A stretch of 47,248 nt of DNA, counting the filler, from Catajapyx aquilonaris (lineage: Eukaryota): the NCBI GenBank assembly GCA_000934665.2. It is 2 parts of 2 records of this genome, joined end to end, with 100 filler letters (N's around TTAATTAATTAA, not from the genome) between each part and the next. Parts side by side here need not be neighbours in the genome. Positions count along the whole stretch, not along the records: positions 23,583 to 47,248 come from JYFJ02005673.1; 1 more part is not named here. One strand, given 5' to 3'. Below the pieces are notes generated by a model, which was given only the letters and a program-made list of their open reading frames with translations, searched no databases and had not been told where the DNA came from. Made by a program: the position numbers and the translations under genes. This document shows, one piece after another, positions 38,718-47,248 of the stretch. The first letter of the stretch is position 1; the number at the start of each line of letters is the position of its first letter.

Positions 38718-40725
38718 ATGGGTGCTAAGAACAGCGACAGGAACGCTTTCTTGGCGCTGACCTCCGAGGTCATCCAGGACCTGACCTCCTCTGGAACCGA
38801 TGACGAGGGCTTGCGGGAATTCGACACCTGGTACAAAAAGGCCCGGACATGAATATTACTGCCCGGATTGTTAGCTAACATGCTGCAAGTATGTAGTAGC
38901 GCTCCTCACATTGTTGTCACTGAAGGTGCTGGACTACAACCTTCTAGGAGGGAAGCTGACCCGAGGCACGATGGTGGCCAAGTCGTTTTCCATCCTGGCA
39001 GAGGAGGAGGATGTCACCGAAGAGAACGTCAGGTTGGCTCACCTCATGGGATGGTGCATAGAGCTGGTGAGTTTCGGTATATACAAATAATGATATTGCC
39101 TGCCCCATCAGGAAGACTTGGTGTGAAGTGACTTTGTGCATGTTACCACACAGCTTCAGGCAGCATGTTTGCTGGCGGACGACGTGATGGACAATTCCAA
39201 GATCAGAAGAGGTCAGCCATGCTGGTACCTGACCAACGGGTTGGGGTCAAAGGCCTTCAACGACGCCTTGCTGATGGAAAGGGCCGCATTCCACATCTTC
39301 TGGAAACACCACAGAGACCAGACCTACTACACCAAGTGCATCGATCTTATTAGCGAAGTAATACTCCAATGACGATTTACCATTGAAATTCATTCTCTCT
39401 TCAAATGTGAATCGGTGGAATGAATAGGTCCAATACCTTCAGCTCACAGCTCACAGTTGCGGTTGGTACAGGTAGCAGGTGGACCCAATAACCATAGGAC
39501 GCCATTCTTGGGGTGTAATGGCCTAATTATTTTTAAAACACTTCATTTTAGCGAGAAAAATAATAGCCAAGAAAGTGAAGAATTTCTTGTCCGGGGAACT
39601 CATCCCATAAAAATAAGGCTGCAAATTGGCAGATAGGTGAAGGAACTGTTCAAGGGATTTTTAACATTTTTCCCAAATTCCTAGCCGAAAATACTTTCAA
39701 GTACAGCAATATTTCTGTGCGATTAAGGAGTGTCACTCTTTTTGTTAAGCGTTCCTCGGCATCTCAGAAAAATGTGTATTATTAAAAACTATTTTCTTCT
39801 GAAGGTGATATTCAAAACGGAGAAGGGTCAGGCCCTGGACCTTCTCACATCATCCGGAAGCAGGCCCCAGTACGACCTGTTCACAGAAGAGAGATACGCA
39901 ACAATAGTCAAGTACAAGACCTCCTACTACTCCTTCTGTCTTCCCGTGGCACTCGCAATGATAATGGTTAGTTGTACTGGCAACCTTCCTTGATAATATA
40001 ACAAAGGTAGAAACAATAGTGTGCACTGGCGTTAATGACTAAAAATGAAACGTGGTGCAGCCTTGGTGCAACCAAATTAATCACCACAATGTAACGAATA
40101 ATTACAATATATAGAATGATTTCATTCTTTGCAATGACACATCATGTGAAAGACCAATTACTAATTCCGTAACTGACTCTTCGTAATAATTTATATCCTA
40201 TGTAATACGAATTTGACCTTCACCGCAGGCAGGCGTGCACGACCAGGACCTTCACTCTGAGGCGGAAGGAGTCCTCTTGAAGATCGGTCACCTCTTCCAA
40301 GTCCAGGACGACTACCTGGACTGCTTCGGTGACCCAGAGGTCATTGGGAAGGTGGGGACGGACATCGAGGAGGGGAAGTGCTCCTGGCTGGTGGTCACCG
40401 CACTCAAGCACGCGGGTCAGGACCAGAGGATGCTCCTGGAGGTAGTACATCAGTAACATGCTCCTTGACAAGATGGCTCCTGGAAACACTCGTCAGCATC
40501 AAATTAATCTCCTTCCCATTTCAGGAGTGCTACGGATCAGAGGACCCAGAGCACGTGTCCCGAGTGAAGGGTATGTACAGGGACCTGGGTCTTCCAGAGA
40601 TGTACAGGGAGTTCGAAGATGACTGCAGGAACTCGATCCTGAAGGAAATATCCTACATGAAGAATCCGAATATGAGGGGTCTCCGCACCGTCTTCCTCGA
40701 GAAAATCCTCGATAGGAAGCGATAA
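38718..40725 (+). CDS. Fpps: FPPS-like trans-isoprenyl diphosphate synthase, copy 1 (6 exons, about 347 aa)
   Basis: Exons 38718-38840, 38926-39066, 39154-39357, 39805-39966, 40229-40441, 40525-40725, all phase 0. Motifs [80 protein letters not shown]-terminal RKR. The intron-1 donor reads GC (AAG/gcccgg) rather than GT. Confidence 0.9.
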
Positions 40726-42027
40726 GAGTAGCCAAACCTGCATGCACTATACAGTATACAGGTTATAACGGGTTATAAATAGTTTGCATATACTGTACCT
40801 ATGTAAACAGGGATAGGATGCTAATGTCTTTGGAATAAGTTGTAGAATGTCTGTCTTGGGGTGGAGATGTGTCTGGAGAATATATTTACATTTGAGATGT
40901 GTTGGATGCCTGATGTTATTCGCACTAGTGGTGTCTCTCACCAATAACCGAGGGACGTCACTTCAATATACTACTCCCAATAATTATACTGAATTGATTT
41001 TTTTTACCATGGGTGTTTTTTTACCATGGGTGTTTTTTACCATGGGTGTTTCACAGCTCCCCTGAAAAAAAACAACTTCCAAGGTGAACTCCAGAGCACC
41101 AGTGGATCCCTTCACCTTTGGTCTCCTCAACCTAGTCATCGAGGAAACAAGAACATACTCTGCTCATCTCGTATTGTTATAGCATATCCTCACCTGGAAT
41201 GTTTGACAATGTCTGACTGCACACGAGGCGGATCCCAATCTATGTGCTGACTGTCTGTGCCTTGTGCAGTTGATGCCTATTCATGGCGTAGATGAAATTA
41301 AACTGCAAGGATACATTTTCACATTTTAATTGGCATGATAAAAAAGCAGAAGAAACATAAATGACGAAAAATGACCTTGAAAATGACCATGTGCGTCACA
41401 AGAGAAAATACACAGAAAACTTACTGGCTGCACTCTTCACGCCCAATGACGTTCATTCTGATTGCGTTGCGAAAAAAAAAGTGAATGCAGGCACTAATGT
41501 TCCTCTCTGCATGTGACAATACTAAAGTATATACAAGGGCGCCTACATACACCACCATGATTTTTTGGGGGGATTTATGCCTGTCCTACTGTTACTTTCA
41601 GCTGCTATAAGTGAGATAATTCCAACGGATAATTCAGTATATTGCTTACTTGTACAGTGCAAAAATATGTAGAACATAATATTCAGGCAACTTCTCATTA
41701 ATGTTGGATCGCCCTTCGCTTCAGAATTTTAATTTATTAAAATCTATCAAATAAAACAATAACAGGCTGTTAAGTGAACTTGAAAGGAACGCTTTTTTAC
41801 AACCATTTCATAATATTGTCGTTTCATTATAACTTGAATGCCACGAGTTCTCTCTGATGAATGTTTTATTACGCAAGAGTTTTGAAGATACATTCATCCA
41901 TTTCTAATATTTACTATTCGATCTTGACACCTCATCCTAGTATCCTAGTATCAATATATTATCATTAGCCCAATGTCAGTGAGATTTGTTTACACATGTA
42001 TAACGTACGATACTGTCGAGCCCGACA

Positions 42028-42710
42028 TTACAACACGCAAGTTAATGATTCAAGTAATATATTGCACCAGTATTTTGTTTCCAACCGATATGCAAGAGTG
42101 ATGCAAAAGCTCCCAACTGTTGGGATTGCGCGATAATAATCTCCCGTTCGCTCCCGCGATTCATGACCGACTGTCATACAATGTCTTTGCAATACTAGTA
42201 GGCTACGTTAGATAGGAGGTAGGATACGTAGATCATCCGGCAGAGCCGAACTGCACTGCTTGATCTTGACATCTTCGGGCCTGTGCCCCATTATATACCC
42301 TGGGTCCTTCTGTCTGATTCTTCCGCTCCAACAACAACCGACCTGCAAGCTAGTTTTATCCTTGAAAAATGATAAAGATATATAAAAACATATCATGATG
42401 AAATGGTTAGTATATATAGTGGATCAAATACGTCAGGACAACCAGATGATACCGACACTTTCTTCATGTCTCTGAATTCCTCCTGTTCTAGCTGTTGAAG
42501 TTTATTTGTGCTGTTTTTAATGCAGTATATTGACTATTTGCAAACTTGTTAGTTTATAAGTATATTATGGTGCCACGCACAATACTGCACGTGGTGAAAT
42601 ACCCAATAACTGCATATTGCAGTGTAATGCGAATGTTGATGGATTTGGATTGCGGGAGAACAGGGAACGAGAGCCCCGAGAAGACACGCTCGAAGAAGGA
42701 GAGAACCCAT
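42028..42710 (-). CDS. Putative 4-exon gene for a small Cys-rich secreted protein (about 147 aa), family not recognised
   Basis: Exons 42603-42710, 42432-42491, 42228-42360, 42028-42170 join through GT-AG introns (111, 71, 57 nt) in one open frame. N-terminus MGSLLLRACLLGALVPCSPA looks like a signal peptide. A homologous, stop-disrupted copy of the last exon lies at about 46880-47058. Confidence 0.45.
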
Positions 42711-43697
42711 TGAGAAACGCTTCTCAAATCAGATAATCCTCCGATTTTAGATGTGGACTTTAGCTGCCAATTTTCCAAGTCACATAAAATTGCATACCTC
42801 CGTAAGTATAAGTCGCTAATATGATGTGCCTCCATTAGCACCTGGGTCAAACTTACTGCTGTAGGCCCTTATAAGTTGCTTCCATATATTATTTCTGGTG
42901 CAAGGGAGGTACTAGAATGCAATATTAGTAACAATATGCGTTCTAATATTGCTCATTATTACCCTTCAATACGATATGAAATGAGAGATGGAAGGAGGCA
43001 AAAATAATACTGTATGTGGAAGTGATCAGGTTTCCAAGGAAAATATTTTGTCGGAATGCCGCATGGCAATCAAGATTATGCGCAAAAGAGGTTTTTGATT
43101 GATTATATTACTGTTATAAGGCAACTTTTACATAAGGCTAAACTTGCTCCAATGGGCCGCGGTAACAAAACCATTTTTGTTATGCTTGTTAAAAAACGGC
43201 AATTTTTTTCAACGCCTGTTTATACCATTGCTTCTCGGATTTGATTTTGAAATAATTGCATAAGATAATACTCTTTAAAGGATGGAAAATATCTCATAAT
43301 GTGCTGTAATCTATCTAAGCTATTGTCTTGCTAACCTGCCTAGCGTAAAAGAGACTCTGATATGTCACCGAGCATTAAGGATGTAATGTATTTTGTAATA
43401 CTAACATATTACCTTAGCTTTCGCATGAGAACATCAAATTTTAAAATGTTTCGAAATGATACGCTGAATTATATGAACTGCTTTGAGATATACACTGATG
43501 TTGGCTGACAGGGCCGCCCATTTTTAAGCCAGCGCGAGAATAGATCATTAGAGCGTTAGAGAAGTAGGCCTACATGTACAAATAATTGTAAGATTAAGGT
43601 AAAGACACCTGTTATGCAAGTAACGTGGCTTGACTGCTACATTTTTTAAAAAACGGACTCACTTCACCAAGCATAAATATACGTTTCCAACAGAGAG

Positions 43698-44787
43698 ATG
43701 GGTTCCAGGATCTGCGACCGGTCTGCCTTCTTGTCCCTGAGGTCAGAGGTCATTCAGGACTTGACCTCCTCAGGAAAGGACGGTCAGCAGGGATTGCGAG
43801 TCTTCGACGCCTGGTTCAGAAAGGTGGGTCAGTCCATCAGTGATGTGTCTCAGCATTTGCGCATCTAACATACCAGCTAATCACACCGCTGTGTTTCCAA
43901 GGTGCTGGACTACAACCTCCGAGGAGGGAAGCTGACCCGAGGCACGATGGTGGCCAAGTGGTTTTCCATCCTGGCAGAGAAGGAGGATGTCACAGAAGAG
44001 AACGTCAGGTTGGCTCACCTCATGGGATGGTGCATAGAGCTGGTGAGTTTCGGTATATACAAATAATGATATTGCCTGCCCCATCAGGAAGACTTGGTGT
44101 GAAGTGACTTTGTGCATGTTACCACACAGCTTCAGGCAGCATGTTTGCTGGCGGACGACGTGATGGACAATTCCAAGACCAGAAGAGGTCAGCCATGCTG
44201 GTACCTGACCAACGGGTTGGGGTCAAAGGCCTTCAACGACGCCTTGCTGATGGAGAGGGCCGCATTCCACATCTTCTGGAAACACCACAGAGACCAGACC
44301 TACTACACCAAGTGCATCGATCTTATTAACGAAGTAATACTCCAATGACGATTTACCATTGAAATTCATTCTCTTCTGACTGGCGTGAATCTGCGAAGTG
44401 AATAGGTCCGATTACTCGCATTTGTTTCACAAATTAACTGGTGGCCAAGGATGATGGGAGATTTCCTCTCTAAGGCCTCTCTCTATATATTCTCCCTATA
44501 GTCAGATATTACGTATGTGCCTATTCCACGGACTCTTGCACAGTTGCGTATTCTCCAGGTGGTACTAGTCGACCATCCCTAATAATAACCGAAGGAATGG
44601 ACTTCAAACACAATGCATAAAATATCCTGGCAGGTGTGGTTCCCTTAATTTTAGAATTCTAATTCAAAAGGTGTTTCCATAGCCATTTAAATTTAAAATA
44701 CGATGGCCAAGGTGATGGACGTGTTTTGTCCTCAACGGTCCTCGACATGGAAGATTGCATCATATAATAATGCATACGTATTTTATT

Positions 44788-44853
<66 letters not shown>

Positions 44854-46000
44854 GTTATTATTATTATGGATAACAATAGGGACTAGCGGACAACCACTCC
44901 GCCTACATCTTTAAAATAACTACTTAAAACCCTTCTACCACCCCACAAAGTCACGGTCAGGTCACGGTATATGTTAAATTTCCTCACCTTGATGAGTATT
45001 GCTTTTAAAAAGTACTGATATTTACATAGAAAAGGTTTGTCAGTGTTGTTGATCAGTTTCATTAATCATTTGAACCAAATGTGTCATTATAAACGATGTT
45101 CTTCTGAAGGGGATATTCAGGACGGAGAAGGGTCAGGCCCTGGACCTTCTCACATCATCGGGAAGCAGGCCCCAGTTTGACTTGTTTACGGAAGAGAGAT
45201 ACGCAACAATAGTCATGTACAAGACATCCTACTACTCCTTCTGTCTTCCCGTGATACTCGCAATGATAATGGTTAGTTGTACTGGCAACCTTCCTTGATA
45301 ATACGTATAACAAGGGTAGAAACAATAGAGAGCACTGACGTTAATGCCTAATTATGTGACGGTGAAGCCTTGGTATACAACCAAATTAATCAACACAATG
45401 TAACGTAAAATTATTATTATATTTTCATAATTGTTTTTACCTTTGCAATGGATACGTCATAAACAGAGCAAATTAGTATCAGAAAAGTATTCACCAGGTC
45501 GATTTCAGGCAGGCGTGCACGACCAGGACCTTCACTCTGAGGCGGAAGGAGTCCTCTTGAAGATCGGTCACCTCTTCCAAGTCCAGGACGACTACCTGGA
45601 CTGCTTCGGCGACCCAGAGGTCATTGGGAAGGTGGGGACGGACATCGAGGAGGGGAAGTGCTCCTGGCTGGTGGTCACCGCACTCAAGCACGCGGGTCAT
45701 GACCAGAGGATGCTCCTGGAGGTACATCAGTAATGCTCCTTGACAAGATGGCTCCTGGAAACACTCGTCAGCATCAAATTAATCTCCTTCCCATTTCAGG
45801 AGTGCTACGGATCAGAGGACCCAGAGCACGTGTCCCGAGTGAAGGGTCTGTACAGGGACCTCGGTCTTCCAGAGATGTACAGGGAGTTCGAAGATGACTG
45901 CAGGAACTCTATCCTGAAGGAAATATCCTACATGAATAGTCCGAACATGCGGAGACTCTGCACGGCCAGTCTCTACGATATCCTGAACAGGAAGCGATAA
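43698..46000 (+). CDS. Fpps: FPPS-like trans-isoprenyl diphosphate synthase, copy 2 (6 exons, about 348 aa)
   Basis: Exons 43698-43823, 43902-44042, 44130-44333, 45110-45271, 45509-45721, 45800-46000, all GT-AG and phase 0, no stops. Same motifs as copy 1. Confidence 0.93.
44780..44866. repeat. (TTTA)n/(TTA)n microsatellite in FPPS copy 2 intron 3
   Basis: Simple repeat run. Confidence 0.9.
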
Positions 46001-46033
46001 GAGCATAGCCAAACCTATACACACTAGTATACA

Positions 46034-46119
46034 TAGCGCGGGGTGAAAATTACAAGGTTGTAACTACATAGTTAAGGTTTTCATCGCAGTTGCAACCTTG
46101 TAATGCTCACCCCGCGATA
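46034..46119. mobile_element. Small hairpin insertion just after the FPPS copy 2 stop codon
   Basis: cgcggggtgaaaattacaaggttg / caaccttgtaatgctcaccccgcg inverted arms; absent from the homologous 3' flank of copy 1. Confidence 0.7.
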
Positions 46120-47058
46120 GGTTAGACCGGGTTATACGTAATTTGCATGCGGTAAGCAGGGATATAGGAGACTATAGTAGTTGGTTGGAGAATGTGCAGT
46201 GTTTCATGTAAATTAACAATAAAGATATAAAACAATTAACTTATTATTTGTTTTGCTGCCTTCTGGACGAGAATGTGATGCTGAGCCGCATGGTGCCTGT
46301 ATAATAACAAGTAAAAATTCCGTGTTGACATCTTTACAGAGTGTCGCATTAGTTCATTCTGCATGGTGTTTCGTAATTCGTTCTGAAACCTTCCGTGGTG
46401 AACTCCTGAGAGCCAGTGATTTCCTCCACCATTCAGTCTATATACTGTAGTTACCCACATAATGGACTGTCTATCATGTAGTGCAGCAGCATGTCCTGAA
46501 ATATTTGACAATGTCTGACCACACACGAGGCACGTCCCAACGCGTTCTCTGCCCGCCGCGCCTGTGCCTTGTACTATACAGGTCATGTCGATTCAAGGCC
46601 TACGTGAAACTGCACGATAACAATTTCTCATTACATGTAATGACCATGGGTTACCAAAGTAATGATAAAAAATAAAGGAACTTTTGTGGCAAGGAACATA
46701 CCCAGCAGAATTCATGCTGTACAAGTCAGTTGCGGCCCATATCTTACACACGGTGGGTATAATCTCGGCATTCTAGGCAGGGGAAGGTTATGCAACAACA
46801 GTGTCAACATATCCCCATCCTGTGCATCATAAATAAGGATAACTCCCCACGTTGTTGTGTTTTATGACCGTGTGGAAACACTGTCGAGCCAAGAATTACA
46901 ACACGGGCGTTAATGACTCAAGTTAATGGCACCAATATTTTGTTTCCAACTACTGTGCAAGAGCTCCCAGCTGTTGGGGATCTCCCGATTCATGACAGCC
47001 GACTGTTGTACAATGTCTTTGATATAATATATTATACTACGTAGTAGGTCATCCGATA

Positions 47059-47248
47059 GCATATTGGCAAACCCCAAGTGGTCCCCGCAACCGGCCCTAA
47101 TCCAGCCCTCCCATTGGCTGCATCGGGTCCGTGACGTCACGGACTCTCGTGACGTCATGTACTCGCGCGCAGCCAGTGAAAGGCCGGAACGGCGGAATGA
47201 GGAACAATTGAATACCGTAAATGATATAAATTGTCATGTAATTATTTT
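47059..47248. mobile_element. Second copy of the Mutator-like element, running off the window end
   Basis: Matches 30547-30736 almost exactly (one substitution seen). Confidence 0.92.

Overview
Eukaryotic, intron-containing genomic DNA, most likely from an arthropod (many ~55-nt introns, an intronless ionotropic-receptor gene, (TTAGG)n motifs, insect-type TEX2 and FPPS). A 100-bp artificial spacer at 23483-23582 (44 N + TTAATTAATTAA + 44 N) joins two probably unrelated contigs. Left contig: a complete 17-exon IRE1 (ERN1) gene on the minus strand, head-to-head with the 5' part of a TEX2 gene that is cut off at the join. Right contig: a 5'-truncated, frameshifted divergent ionotropic receptor; about 12 kb of nested non-autonomous transposons (Kolobok-like, Mutator-like, CACTA-like, a Helitron remnant, two tRNA-derived SINEs); and a tandem cluster of FPPS-like short-chain isoprenyl diphosphate synthase genes (two full-length 6-exon copies plus a decayed third). 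The most interesting feature is this cluster. Both full-length copies have Ala/Cys in place of the aromatic chain-length-determining residues before the first DDxxD motif, show patchy near-identity, and were duplicated together with an unrecognised antisense multi-exon ORF for a small, Cys-rich, probably secreted protein. It is a candidate specialised-terpenoid (e.g. semiochemical) locus. Exon models were built by hand from GT-AG sites and frame continuity. No database searches were run.
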